A stretch of 64,000 nt of DNA from Candidatus Latescibacterota bacterium (lineage in GTDB: Bacteria; Latescibacterota; CBDEFO01), in assembly GCA_965248755.1 (NCBI GenBank), contig OZ252149.1, forward strand, positions 800,001 to 864,000, given 5' to 3'. Position 1 is the stretch's first letter. The number at the start of each line of letters is the position of its first letter. Below, in pieces: positions 48,418-59,595 of the stretch. Below the pieces are notes generated by a model. The model searched no databases. It worked only from the letters and a program-made list of their open reading frames with translations, and was not told where the DNA came from. A program made the position numbers and the translations under genes.

Positions 48418-49704
48418 ATGTCCGAAAAAGTCTATAAGTCGCCTTTAGAGCCCTTTACAAGGCGGGTCCTTGACAACGGCTTGACCGTGATAGTCAAGGA
48501 AGTTCATACGACTCCAATTGTGGCTGTCTATTTCTGGACCCGGACGGGGTCGGTCAATGAGAGTCCCCGACTCAACGGCATCTCTCACTTTTTTGAGCAT
48601 ATGTTCTTCAAGGGGACAGTAGAAAGGGGTGTGGGAGAGATGGACAGGGCGATAAAGGAATTAGGAGGATATAACAACGCCTTTACAGGGTCGGAATATA
48701 CAGCGTATTATGTGGTGGTGCCGAGCCAGAATTTTGCCACAGCCTTTGACGTTTTGTACGACGCCACGGTAAATTCGGTCTTCGACCCGGAGGAAGTAGA
48801 CAGAGAAAGGAACGTAATCAAGGAGGAGATCAAGCGCAAAGAGGATAGCCCGGGAGGTAAGATCTCGGATATGTTCACAGAGGAGATATTCAGGGGGAGT
48901 CCTTACCAGATGCCGATCTTGGGGACCAATGAATCGTTGGACAACATTGGCAGAGAGGATTTCCTGGCGGATCTGGAGACCTTCTACTGCCCGAATAACA
49001 TGGTACTCGCCATAGTAGGGGACATAGATGAGGCTGAGATTGTAGGAGAGATTGAGAAATTGACAGCCAACTGGAAGGCGAATCCAGAGGTAGAGGCGGC
49101 ACTTGCGAGCTTCGAATTTGAACCTCAAGAAGAAATCAGGCGTCAGGTGGTGGAAAAGGACGTAAATCAGGGCTATCTACTGATAGGATTCCCCAACTTC
49201 GGAAGGAAGAGATTGGACGATATGTACACTTTGGACGTTGCATCCACCATATTGGGAGATGGGAAAAGTTCGAGGCTCCATCAGAGGTTAGTGGAGAAAG
49301 ATCAGTTGGCTTCCGTGGCAACCGGATGGTTGTGGCCCTTAACGATGGCAGGAACATTAGCTATAGAGGCGGAGTTCAGAGACGAGAACCTGAAGAAGGT
49401 GGAGGAAGTTGTGATAGAAGAGGTGGAAAGGATGAGGGATGAGTTGGTGGATGAGGACGAGCTGAACAAGGCCAAGACCATGATTAAAAACGATTTCGCG
49501 TATTCCAACGAGACGGATTCTAACATAGCGGGCACTCTGGGGCAGTACGAGACAATGTCAAGTGTAGAAGAGGCCCTGGAATACGTAGAGAGAATCGAGA
49601 AGATTACTGCCCAAGATGTAGAGCAAGCAGTAAACGAGTATTGTGATCCCAACGCGTATACGTTGTGTTACCTGAAGCCGAAGGGGGAGGAAAATGGGAG
49701 CTGA
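48418..49704 (+). CDS. M16 zinc peptidase, catalytic subunit
   Basis: GISHFFEHMFFKGT inverted zinc motif, NAFT, ERNVIKEE. Confidence 0.93.
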   Translation: MSEKVYKSPLEPFTRRVLDNGLTVIVKEVHTTPIVAVYFWTRTGSVNESPRLNGISHFFEHMFFKGTVERGVGEMDRAIKELGGYNNAFTGSEYTAYYVVVPSQNFATAFDVLYDATVNSVFDPEEVDRERNVIKEEIKRKEDSPGGKISDMFTEEIFRGSPYQMPILGTNESLDNIGREDFLADLETFYCPNNMVLAIVGDIDEAEIVGEIEKLTANWKANPEVEAALASFEFEPQEEIRRQVVEKDVNQGYLLIGFPNFGRKRLDDMYTLDVASTILGDGKSSRLHQRLVEKDQLASVATGWLWPLTMAGTLAIEAEFRDENLKKVEEVVIEEVERMRDELVDEDELNKAKTMIKNDFAYSNETDSNIAGTLGQYETMSSVEEALEYVERIEKITAQDVEQAVNEYCDPNAYTLCYLKPKGEENGS

Positions 49705-50932
49705 GCTTGTAACTTTGGATAGCGGTTTGAAGGTGCTGACGAAGGAGTCAAAAGCGAACGATATAATCGCGCTGTCAGTGTTAGTGGGCATGGGTAGTTC
49801 CTACGAAAATGACGAAGAGGCGGGTCTTTCGAATCTGACTCAGAGTGTGCTTTTGAAGGGGACGGAAAACAGGAGCGCCGAGGAATTGATGAACCAGATA
49901 GATTCGGCAGGGATCAAATTATCCTCCTCCGCTTCAAGGGATTCCGGGAGCGTGTATCTTTTGTGCACGACTCAGGGACTGGATGTGGGTCTGGATCTCC
50001 TGTTCGATGTCCTCCTGAATCCCACGTTCCCCTCAGATGAAGTGGAAAAAGAAAAAGAACAGACGCTTTTAGAGATAGCGGCAAAAGAGGATCAGCTAAT
50101 GTCGAAGGCTATGGAGCTTTTAGCGGAAGTCCACTACGGGGTCCACCCCTATCACAAGCCACTTTTGGGTTATCCTGAGACAGTTAAGAGATTTGAAAGG
50201 GCGGACATCGAACCATTCTTCCGCAAGCACTATGTGCCGGGGAATATGATATTTTCTGCGGTGGGAAATTTGGATGCCGAAGAATTAGTCGGAGAAGTAC
50301 AAAAGAGGTTCGACGTGAAAACTTCACCCGAAAAACCTGAAGGGATAGACACAAAAGTGCCTCGTCGAGTGGAACCCGCGGCCCTATTTAAGGAGAGGGA
50401 GAGTCAGGCGGCGTGGATCGGCATAGGATATAACGCTCCGAGGATAACGGACGACAACTACGCCGCTATGGAGGTATTAAACGGAGTGATGGGCGGTTCT
50501 ATGAATTCCAGGCTCTTTGTGGAGTTGAGGGACAAAAGGGGTCTGGCGTATCAGGTGGGGTCCATGTATGCGGCAAGGCCGGGTCCGAGCCTGTTCGTGT
50601 CGTATATGGGGACGAGTGTGGATCAGTTTGAGGAGGCGAAAGATGGGATTTTACAGGAGATAAAAAAGATCGCCTCTTTTCCTGTTACTGATGAGGAACT
50701 AAGGCTTTCCAAGACCTATCTTAAAGGGACATTTATCATGGGTCAGGAGGGGAACAGCAGTCAGGCCTCTCTTTTTGCGCACTACGAACATTTCGGGCTG
50801 GGATACGGCTTTGTGGATGAGTATCCGAAGTTGATAGATGACGTGTCCAGAGAGGATGTGTTGAGGGTAGGTGAGGAAAATTTTGATGATAACTATGCTT
50901 TAGGATGCGTGATGAGCGGCACACCAGAATAG
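49694..50932 (+). CDS. M16 peptidase, non-catalytic partner subunit
   Basis: HxxEH replaced by NLTQS; SRLFVELRDKRGLAY R/Y motif; overlaps upstream gene. Confidence 0.92.
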   Translation: MGAELVTLDSGLKVLTKESKANDIIALSVLVGMGSSYENDEEAGLSNLTQSVLLKGTENRSAEELMNQIDSAGIKLSSSASRDSGSVYLLCTTQGLDVGLDLLFDVLLNPTFPSDEVEKEKEQTLLEIAAKEDQLMSKAMELLAEVHYGVHPYHKPLLGYPETVKRFERADIEPFFRKHYVPGNMIFSAVGNLDAEELVGEVQKRFDVKTSPEKPEGIDTKVPRRVEPAALFKERESQAAWIGIGYNAPRITDDNYAAMEVLNGVMGGSMNSRLFVELRDKRGLAYQVGSMYAARPGPSLFVSYMGTSVDQFEEAKDGILQEIKKIASFPVTDEELRLSKTYLKGTFIMGQEGNSSQASLFAHYEHFGLGYGFVDEYPKLIDDVSREDVLRVGEENFDDNYALGCVMSGTPE

Positions 50933-50961
50933 TAGACAGTAGACAGGGAAAGGCCAAGGCA

Positions 50962-50987
50962 GTAGGAGCAGACCCGTGTGTCTGCCC
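50962..50987. repeat. GTAG-type REP-like hairpin
   Basis: GTAGGAGCAGACCCGTGTGTCTGCCC. Confidence 0.5.
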
Positions 50988-51001
50988 TCAAGAGCATCCA
51001 G

Positions 51002-51643
51002 ATGAAAATAAGATTTATAATACTATCCGTTCTGGGGTTATTTATATGTGCGCTCTCCTCCTCGTGCGGCTCGTCGAAGCAGAAGCTCTCTTATGAAGAG
51101 GAACTGGCACGGCTTCACAATAGCGGCATATTTATCGAGACATGGGTGGACAGCACCTACCAACTGCCCTCTTACATCGGCATCCTTCCGAGCGATCCCA
51201 GGAACGCTGAAGACGTGACATTAGCCGATCGGATACCGGTCTATCTTGCAAATTATCTGGATTACGGATTCGAGTTGGCAGGACGGGCACAGATAGAGCG
51301 TACGAGAGATGTATTTGCTCCGCTTGTGGGCACTTTGGGTCCCAAAAATCTGAAGGTTCACGTTATAGTCGATCTTTGGGGATGGAACAATCTAAAGTCG
51401 TTGTCGAATCTGATGGGTCTTGATGCCGTTCTGATCTGTTCCTGGAGGGTTCAGGGAGGGATGATGTCGCGTCGGGAGAATGTGATAGATGTTTCACTGA
51501 TCCACCTGGAAAGCGGAAAGACTATCGGGTGGACTCGGTGCAGGTACTCGCATCCGGGACGGGATCTCTATGCAACAAGATGGGTAGCTACGTCTCTGGG
51601 ACATGAGCTTACCAGTAAGTTGTCCAGAAAAGGTGGAGATTGA
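51002..51643 (+). CDS. Hypothetical lipoprotein
   Basis: MKIRFIILSVLGLFICALSSSC lipoprotein-like signal. Confidence 0.7.
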   Translation: MKIRFIILSVLGLFICALSSSCGSSKQKLSYEEELARLHNSGIFIETWVDSTYQLPSYIGILPSDPRNAEDVTLADRIPVYLANYLDYGFELAGRAQIERTRDVFAPLVGTLGPKNLKVHVIVDLWGWNNLKSLSNLMGLDAVLICSWRVQGGMMSRRENVIDVSLIHLESGKTIGWTRCRYSHPGRDLYATRWVATSLGHELTSKLSRKGGD

Positions 51644-52075
51644 GAAATCGGAGAATTTTGAATTTATCACTCTTAAAAGATAGAGGCTTAAAATAAACGG
51701 TATAATTTCCTATACTGCTCTGATACTTTTAGCTACTTTGAATGTGCGTGCCTATGCACAGGTTAACCCCCCTGTCGCAACTTCTATCATTCCCATTTCT
51801 GACACAGACTTGGGCGGTACATCTGTAACAATATCAGGGGGCAATTTCCAAAGTGGATTAACCGTTACTTTTGGAGATAGCACAGCTACAGATATAGTCG
51901 TAGTATCTTCTGATAACATCACTGCTACATCACCTGCTTATCCTGCTGGCACGGTGGATGTGATAGTTACAAATCCCAATGGTCTTTCAGACATACTATC
52001 CAGTGGATTTACATTTGTTTCTCATCCTGATGTGACATTTATTAATCCTTCTTCTGGTACAGAATTAGGCGGGAC
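51640..52075 (+). pseudogene. 5' fragment of an IPT/TIG-repeat surface protein gene
   Basis: Signal-peptide-like ISYTALILLATLNVRAYA|Q then about 1.2 IPT repeats, cut by IS3 at GGC GGG AC. TTG 51640 (after GGAG) needs a frameshift near 51690 to join, so the start is uncertain. Confidence 0.75.
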
Positions 52076-52122
52076 CATACCGCTCCCCTTGACAGAGCGA
52101 CAAATATTTCGCAAATTGGGGT

Positions 52123-52452
52123 TTGAGAAGGGAGGTCAAGGTGTCGAGCCCCGAAGTGAAAGATGGTAAGCGCTGGACGGCGACCCGTAAGGGAGAGATT
52201 GTGTTGGCTCTTTTGAGAGGAGCAGATCTATCTGAGGTGTGTCGTAAGAATGGAATTAGCCAGTCGCAGGCGTATGCTTGGCGTGATAGTTTCTTAGAAG
52301 GGGGCCAGGAGAGTCTGAAGTCTCGGCGTGGTCGCAAGGATCCGAAGGAGCGAGAGGTTAGCCGGTTGGAGCGCAAGGTAGGGCAGTTGACGCTCCAGTT
52401 GGAGATACTCGAAGAGGTAGCCCGTCTAAAAAAAACGAAGCGGTTGCCTTGA
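52123..52452 (+). CDS. IS3 transposase OrfA (HTH)
   Basis: VCRKNGISQSQAYAWR HTH, leucine zipper, A8 slippery run near the 3' end. Confidence 0.88.
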   Translation: MRREVKVSSPEVKDGKRWTATRKGEIVLALLRGADLSEVCRKNGISQSQAYAWRDSFLEGGQESLKSRRGRKDPKEREVSRLERKVGQLTLQLEILEEVARLKKTKRLP

Positions 52453-53312
52453 GTGGGCGGTTTTTGGGTCGAGGCTATTCCCGCAAGGTGGTAGCTTTGG
52501 CTTTGGGTTTGCATCGTTCGACTCTGTATAGGTTTAGGGATAGAGGTGTCAGTTCTTCTGTTAAAGAGCCTGTGATAGATGAGGAGCTTGCTTTTCGTAT
52601 TCGAGGGATACTGGACCAAGAAGAGGCATTTGGTCACAGGCGGGTTTGGGCGCATCTTCGTTTCAAGGAAGGGGAATGTGTCAACGTTAAGAAGGTTCAT
52701 AGGATAATGAAGCTTAAGGGGTGGCAGTGTAAGCTGTGGAATCGTCCCGGGAGAAAGGGGCCACAGGTTGCCCAGAAGCGTTCTGTGGTGGATAGTCCCG
52801 ACAGTTTGTGGTCGAGTGACTTGACAAAGATTTACTGTGGAAAAGATGGTTGGTGTCCTCTTATTGCGGTGGTGGACAACGGAAGCCGGGAGGTTCCTGG
52901 GTATCGTTTTAGTCGAAAAGGGAGGGCACTGGAGGCCACAGATGCCCTGGATCGGGCCGTGATCTCTCGATACACTTCCAAGGAGGCTGTCCCCCAGGGT
53001 CTCACTTTGCGCTCTGACAATGGTTCCATCTTTTTGGCTCGGGCCTATTTGGCCAGTACCGAATATTGGGGAATTCGTCAGGAATACATACCAAGTGGTA
53101 AACCCGATTGGAACGGTGTTGTAGAGCGTTTTTTCAGGACCCTCAAGCAAGAGTGTGTTTGGCTTCACAAGTTTGAATCCTTTGAACAGGCTGAGAAGAT
53201 CATATCTCAGTGGATCGATAATTACAACAAGAACAGGCTTCATTCATCCCTGGGATATAAGACCCCAAAAGAGTGGAGAAAACAATTTTATCTACTACCC
53301 CAGGTTGCTTAA
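52449..53312 (+). CDS. IS3 transposase OrfB (DDE)
   Basis: FGHRRV, WSSDLT, RSDNGS, NGVVERFFRTLKQE, RLHSSLGY. Confidence 0.93.
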   Translation: MSGRFLGRGYSRKVVALALGLHRSTLYRFRDRGVSSSVKEPVIDEELAFRIRGILDQEEAFGHRRVWAHLRFKEGECVNVKKVHRIMKLKGWQCKLWNRPGRKGPQVAQKRSVVDSPDSLWSSDLTKIYCGKDGWCPLIAVVDNGSREVPGYRFSRKGRALEATDALDRAVISRYTSKEAVPQGLTLRSDNGSIFLARAYLASTEYWGIRQEYIPSGKPDWNGVVERFFRTLKQECVWLHKFESFEQAEKIISQWIDNYNKNRLHSSLGYKTPKEWRKQFYLLPQVA

Positions 53313-54070
53313 TTGGTGTCGCTTTCCTGGGAAGCAGTACACATCAGGATGAGAAATAAATGTAAATCCACTAGATAGTATGTCTGAAAGACCATTGGGA
53401 TTTGTAACTATCACATCCACAGTGCCAGCAGGATAAGCAGGTGATGTAGCAGTGATGTTATCAGAAGATACTACGACTATATCTGTAGCTGTGCTATCTC
53501 CAAAAGTAACGGTTAATCCACTTTGGAAATTGCTCCCTGCTATCGTCACAGATGTACCTCCCAATTGTGTGCCTGAATCAGGATCAATAGATGTCACAGC
53601 AGGGGGAATCCCAATAAACTCAAAGCTATTAGCTAGTGTATCTGAAAGACCATTGGGATTTGTAACTATCACATCCACAGTGCCAGCAGGATGAGCAGGA
53701 GTCGCAGCGGTGATGATGGAGGAGGGTACTACGAATATATCTGTGGCTGAGGTATCCCCGAAAGTAACGGTTAATCCACTTTGGAAATTGTCCCCTACTA
53801 TCGTCACAGATGTACCGCCTAATTCTGTACCAGAAGAAGGATTAATAAATGTCACATCAGGATGAGAAAGAAAAGTAAATCCACTGGATAGTGTGCCTGA
53901 AAGACCATTGGGATTTGTGACTATCACGTCCATAGTTCCGATAGCATGAGCAGGAGTTGTGGCCGTAATTATGCTATCTGATAATACGAATACATCTGTG
54001 GCTGCACTATCTCCAAAAGTAACAGTTAATCCACTTTGGAAACTACTCCCTACTATCGTCACAGATGTAC

Positions 54071-55696
54071 CCCCCATTCGCCATATTAGACCCGAAAAAT
54101 GGTTGTCAAAGTCGCCAGAACATGTTATATTACAATAAATAAGACTCATAAATGGCGGATAAATATTGATCATCCAGAGGGTGAAAGAATCAAAGTAGGT
54201 TTTGATGGAGGAATAAAGCTTGAATTTCATGGTGCAAAGGTGACATCAAACGGTGGACTTCTTGCGTATCGTGACCTTGATTACGCACTGGGATTATTTG
54301 ATTCGGTATCAGCGGTTTTTACCGATAAACGCACAGGCCGTAATATCCAACATGATATATCTACTCTCCTGCGTCAATCGATATACAGCCGTCTTGCAGG
54401 ATATGAAGATGTAAATGACGCCGAGCGATTATCCGTTGATCCCGTCATGCGAGCGATTACCGGAAAGAAGGACAAAGGCAGGCAAGCTGCCAGCTCCAAC
54501 ACGATAGGACGTTTTGAAACTGATATACTGACTCAGCATGACAATCTCAGAAACTTGTCAGATATCAATGGCAAGTGGGTTCAAAAAGCGATGAGTAAAA
54601 CACAGCATCAACGAATCATTCTGGACATGGACAGTTCGGAGAGTCCGGTACATGGCCAGCAGGAAGGATCAGCTTACAACGGTCATTTCGGATGTACCTG
54701 TTTTCATCCAGTGTTCTGCTTCAATCAGTTCGGGGATTGTGAAGGAGTCCTACTTCGCTCTGGTAATGTTCACAGTGCTGATCGTTGGAAGGAAGTTCTG
54801 GAACCGATCGTCAAGAGATACGAGAGCAAGAAGAATAGGAAATACTTTCGAGGCGATGCTGCATTCGCAAAGCCTGAGATTTATGATTATCTGGAGGGAA
54901 ACGGCTATTTGTATGCCATTCGGCTTCCCGCAAATGAGATACTCTATGAAAAGATACGATACCTGCTGACTCGGCCAGTTGGACGACCGCCGAGGAAACC
55001 GATTGTATCGTTATATGAATTTCAATATAAAGCGGCCAGTTGGGATCAATCGAGGCGAGTGGTCGCCAAGGTTGAATGGCACCAAGGGGAGTTATTCCCA
55101 AGAGTGGGATTTATCGTGACCAACATGAGCGCCAAGCCAGAAGGCGTGGTACACTTCTACAATGGCCGTGGCAGAGCTGAGCAGTGGATTAAGGAGGGCA
55201 AGTATGCTCTGAACTGGACCCGACTCTCATGCAAGCGTTTCGTCTCCAATCAGGTGAGGCTCTGGCTGTTTGTTCTGGCTTACAACTTGGGCAACTTCCT
55301 GCGACGTTTTGTTCTTCCGAAGAAAATCAAACACTGGTCACTACGCAGCCTCCTCGTGAAATTTATCAAAATCGGAGCGAAGATTGTCAGACACAGCGGA
55401 TATATTACGTTTCAAATGGCTGAGGTTGGGATAGACAAGAGGTTATTTGCCGAAATATTATCCCGGATTGAACGATTGCGATGTTATTCTGTTTAAACTG
55501 CCACATTTTTTTGTGAGTCGATGGAGAGGTGTCTCTAATTGGAGGATTTAAACACAAAGAAAGTGATAATTCAGAGGAAAATACTATTTTAATTGAAAAA
55601 AGTACTTGTTGAAAAATGTAAAAGTGGTAATATTAATTCAGAAACAAGAATGTATCGAAATATAATCCCTCATGAATGTGATATGGGGAATGTCGG
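54071..55696 (+). mobile_element. IS1380-family element, copy 2 (1626 bp), 5-bp TSD TGTAC
   Basis: TGTAC at 54066-54070 and 55697-55701; near-identical to copy 1. Confidence 0.95.
54099..55496 (+). CDS. IS1380-family DDE transposase
   Basis: Matches 34394-35791 except GERIK versus GERMK. Confidence 0.93.
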   Translation: MVVKVARTCYITINKTHKWRINIDHPEGERIKVGFDGGIKLEFHGAKVTSNGGLLAYRDLDYALGLFDSVSAVFTDKRTGRNIQHDISTLLRQSIYSRLAGYEDVNDAERLSVDPVMRAITGKKDKGRQAASSNTIGRFETDILTQHDNLRNLSDINGKWVQKAMSKTQHQRIILDMDSSESPVHGQQEGSAYNGHFGCTCFHPVFCFNQFGDCEGVLLRSGNVHSADRWKEVLEPIVKRYESKKNRKYFRGDAAFAKPEIYDYLEGNGYLYAIRLPANEILYEKIRYLLTRPVGRPPRKPIVSLYEFQYKAASWDQSRRVVAKVEWHQGELFPRVGFIVTNMSAKPEGVVHFYNGRGRAEQWIKEGKYALNWTRLSCKRFVSNQVRLWLFVLAYNLGNFLRRFVLPKKIKHWSLRSLLVKFIKIGAKIVRHSGYITFQMAEVGIDKRLFAEILSRIERLRCYSV

Positions 55697-58600
55697 TGTA
55701 CCTCCCAATTGTGTGCCTGAATCAGGATCAATAGATGTCATAACAGGGGGAATCCCAACAAACTCAAATCCATTAGATAGTGTGTCTGAAAGACTATTGG
55801 GATTTGTAACTATCACTTCGACAGTGCCAGCAAGATAAGCAGGAGTTACAGTAGTAATGGTATCAGAAGATACTACGACTATATCTGTGGCTGAGCTATC
55901 TCCGAAAGTAACGGTTAATCCATTTTGGAAATTGCCCCCTACTATCGTCACAGATGTACCGCCTAATTCTGTACCAGAAGAAGGAATAATAAATGTCACA
56001 TCAGGATGAGAAATAAATGTAAATCCACTGGATAGTGTGTCGGAAAGACCATTGGGATTTGTGACTATCACATCCACCGTGCCAGCAGGATAAGCAGGTG
56101 ATGTAGCAGTGATGTTATCAGAAGATACTACGACTATATCTGTAGCTGTGCTATCTCCAAAAGTAACGGTTAATCCACTTTGGAAATTGCCCCCTACTAT
56201 CGTCACAGATGTACCTCCCAGTTGTGTGCCTGAATCAGGATCAATAGATGTCATAACAGGGGGAATCCCAATAAACTCAAATCCATTAGATAGTGTGTCT
56301 GAAAGACCGTTGCGATTTGTAACTATCACTTCAACAGTGCCAGCAGGATATGAGGAAGTCTTAGCGGTGATGATGGTGGAGGATACTACGACTATATCTG
56401 TGGCTGAGCTATCCCCAAAAGTAACGGTTAATCCACTTTGGAAATTGTCCCCTACTATCGTCACAGATGTACCACCTAATTCTGTACCAGAAGAAGGAAT
56501 AATAAATGTCACATCAGGATGAGAAAGAAATGTAAATCCACTAGATAGTGTGTCTGATAGACCATTGGGATTTGTGACTATCACGTCCATAGTTCCGATA
56601 GGATGAGCAGGAGTTGTCGCCGTAATTATGCTATCTGACAATACGAATACATCTGTGGCCGCACTATCTCCAAAAGTAACGGTTAATCCACTTTGGAAAT
56701 TGCCCCCTACTATCGTCACAGATGTACCTCCTAATTGTGTTCCTGAATCAGGATCAATAGATGTCATAACAGGGGGAATCCCAACAAACTCAAATCCATT
56801 AGATAGTGTTTCTGAAAGACCATTGGGATTTGTAACTATCACATCCACCGTGCCGGCAAGATGAGCAGGAGTTACAGTAGTAATGGTATCAGAAGATACT
56901 ACGACTATATCTGTAGCTGTGCTATCTCCGAAAGTAACGGTTAACCCACTTTGGAAATTGCCCCCTACTATCGTCACAGATGTCCCGCCTAATTCTGTAC
57001 CAGAAGAAGGAATAATAAATGTCACATCAGGATGAGAAATAAATGTAAATCCACTGGATAGTGTGTCTGAAAGACCATTGGGATTTGTGACTATCACATC
57101 CACCGTGCCAGCAGGATAAGCAGGTGATGTAGCAGTGATGTTATCAGAAGATACTACGACTATATCTGTAGCTGTGCTATCTCCAAAAGTAACGGTTAAT
57201 CCACTTTGGAAATTGCCCCCTACTATCGTCACAGATGTACCTCCCAGTTGTGTGCCTGAATCAGGATCAATAGACGTCATAACAGGGGGAATCCCAATAA
57301 ACTCAAATCCATTAGATAGTGTGTCTGAAAGACCGTTGGGATTTGTAACTATAACATCCACTGTGCCAGCAGGATATGAGGAAGTCTTAGCGGTGATGAT
57401 GGTGGAGGATACTACGACTATATCTGTGGCTGAGCTATCCCCAAAAGTAACCGTTAATCCACTTTGGAAATTGTCCCCTACTATCGTCACAGATGTACCA
57501 CCTAATTCTGTACCAGAAGAAGGAATAATAAATGTCACATCAGGATGAGAAAGAAATGTAAATCCACTAGATAGTGTGTCTGATAGACCATTGGGATTTG
57601 TGACTATCGCGTCCATAGTTCCGATAGGATGAGCAGGAGTTGTCGCCGTAATTATGCTATCTGACAATACGAATACATCTGTGGCCGCACTATCTCCAAA
57701 AGTAACGGTTAATCCACTTTGGAAATTGCCCCCTACTATCGTCACAGATGTACCTCCCAATTGTGTTCCTGAATCAGGATCAATAGATGTCCTAACAGGG
57801 GAAATCCCAACAAACTCAAATCCATTAGATAGTGTTTCTGAAAGACCATTGGGATTTGTAACTATCACATCCACCGTGCCGGCAAGATGAGCAGGAGTTA
57901 CAGTAGTAATGGTATCAGAAGATACTACGACTATATCTGTTGTTGTGCTATCTCCGAAAGTAACGGTTAATCCACTTTGGAAATTGCCCCCTACTATCGT
58001 GACAGATGTCCCGCCTAATTCTGTACCAGAAGAAGGATTAATAAATGTCACATCAGGATGAGAAATAAATGTAAATCCACTGGATAGTGTGTCTGAAAGA
58101 CCATTGGGATTTGTGACTATCACATCCACCGTGCCAGCAGGATAAGCAGGTGATGTAGCAGTGATGTTATCAGAAGATACTACGACTATATCTGTAGCTG
58201 TGCTATCTCCAAAAGTAACGGTTAATCCACTTTGGAAACTACTTCCTACTATCGTCACAGATGTACCTCCCAGTTGTGTGCCTGAATCAGGATCAATAGA
58301 CGTCATAACAGGGGGAATCCCAACAAACTCAAATCCATTAGATAGTGTGTCTGAAAGACCATTGGGATTTGTAACTATCACTTCAACAGTGCCAGCAGGA
58401 TATGAGGAAGTCTTAGCGGTGATGATGGTGGAGGATACTACGACTATATCTGTAGCTGAGCTATCCCCGAAAGTAACCGTTAATCCACTTTGGAAATTGT
58501 CCCCTACTATCGTCACAGATGTACCGCCTAATTCTGTACCAGAAGAAGGATTAATAAATGTCACATCAGGATGAGAAAGAAAAGTAAATCCACTAGATAG

Positions 58601-59034
58601 TGTGTCTGAAAGACCATTGGGATTTGTAACTATCACATCCACCGTGCCAGCAGGATAAGCAGGTGATGTAGCAGTGATGTTATCAGAAGATACTACGACT
58701 ATATCTGTAGCTGTGCTATCTCCAAAAGTAACTGTTAATCCACTTTGGAAACTACTCCCTACTATCGTCACAGACGTACCGCCTAATTGTGTTCCCAAAA
58801 CAGGATCAATAGATGTTATAGCAGGATGAGAAAGAAAAGTAAATCCACTAGATAATGTATCTGAAAGACCATTGAGATTTGTAACTATCACATCCACCGT
58901 TCCAGCAGGATGACCAGGAGTTACAGTAGTAATGGTATCAGAAGATACTACGACTATATCTGTGGCTGAGCTATCCCCGAAAGTAACGGTTAATCCACTT
59001 TGGAAATTGCCCCCTACTATCGTGACAGATGTCC

Positions 59035-59116
59035 TGTACTGCTTCCCAGGAAAGCGACACCAATTAAGCAACCTGGGGTAGTAGATAAAATTGTTTTCTC
59101 CACTCTTTTGGGGTCT
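59035..59116 (-). mobile_element. 82-bp stub of an IS3 right end
   Basis: Matches the last 82 bp of copies A/B; flanked by GTCC (reverse complement GGAC). Confidence 0.88.
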
Positions 59117-59536
59117 TGTACTGCCCCCCTGGAAAGCGACACCGATTAAGCAACTTGGGGTAGCAGATATTATTGTTTTCTCCATTCTTGCAGGGTCTTG
59201 TATCCCAGGGATGAATGAAGACGGTTCTTGTCGTAATTATCGATCCACTGAGATATGATCTTCTCAGCTTGCTCAAAGGATTCGAAGCTGTGAAGTCAAA
59301 CACACTCTTGCTTGAGGGTCCTGAAAAAACGCTCTACAACACCGTTCCAATCGGCCTTTCCGCTCGGAACATATTCTTGACAAACCCCTAATATTCGGTA
59401 CTTACCAAATAGGATCTAGAAAGAAAGATCGAACCGTTGTCCAGCGCTAGCCGTCTTCTGCTCTGGCGCTGACATCTTGCCCTTCGCGAACCCCGATTTA
59501 CAGAATATCTGTCGTTCTGTGAAGGGGAACGGTATG
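59117..59536 (-). mobile_element. Internally deleted IS3 derivative (420-bp MITE-like)
   Basis: Both ends kept (CATACCGTTCCCC / GGGGGCAGTACA); orfA 5' region fused to the orfB DNGS region at a GAC microhomology (59439-59441); internal stops. Confidence 0.85.
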
Positions 59537-59595
59537 ATATGGCAACCACCCATCTTCGATTATCGCACCTATCTTCGATTATAAATAGCCTTCTT

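Larger units (their letters stand above)
52076..53341 (+). mobile_element. IS3-family element, copy A (1266 bp)
   Basis: Ends CATACCGCTCCCC / GGGAAGCAGTACA defined by comparing copies; orfA/orfB. Confidence 0.93.
53342..59034 (-). pseudogene. Inverted internal segment of the IPT/TIG-repeat gene (about 16 repeats), interrupted by IS1380
   Basis: Tandem 85/86-aa units GGTSVTIVGxNFQSGLTVTFGD...AGTVDVIVTNPNGLSDTL; 1026-bp higher-order period; no own start or C-terminus. Confidence 0.9.

Noticed and set aside
52065..53243. 392-aa antisense ORF (also 59694-60959 and 63025-63861)
   Set aside because: Shadow frames opposite IS3 orfA/orfB; recurrence is explained by the IS copies and no motifs are recognisable.
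53342..59034. Programmed invertase switch or diversity-generating retroelement
   Set aside because: No recombinase or reverse transcriptase; breakpoints coincide with IS3 ends and repeat differences are not adenine-specific.
55670..59185. 1171-aa ORF as an intact surface protein
   Set aside because: Its start lies in IS3 fragments and its stop in IS1380; it is chimeric read-through of an internal gene segment. The same applies to 53295-54230.
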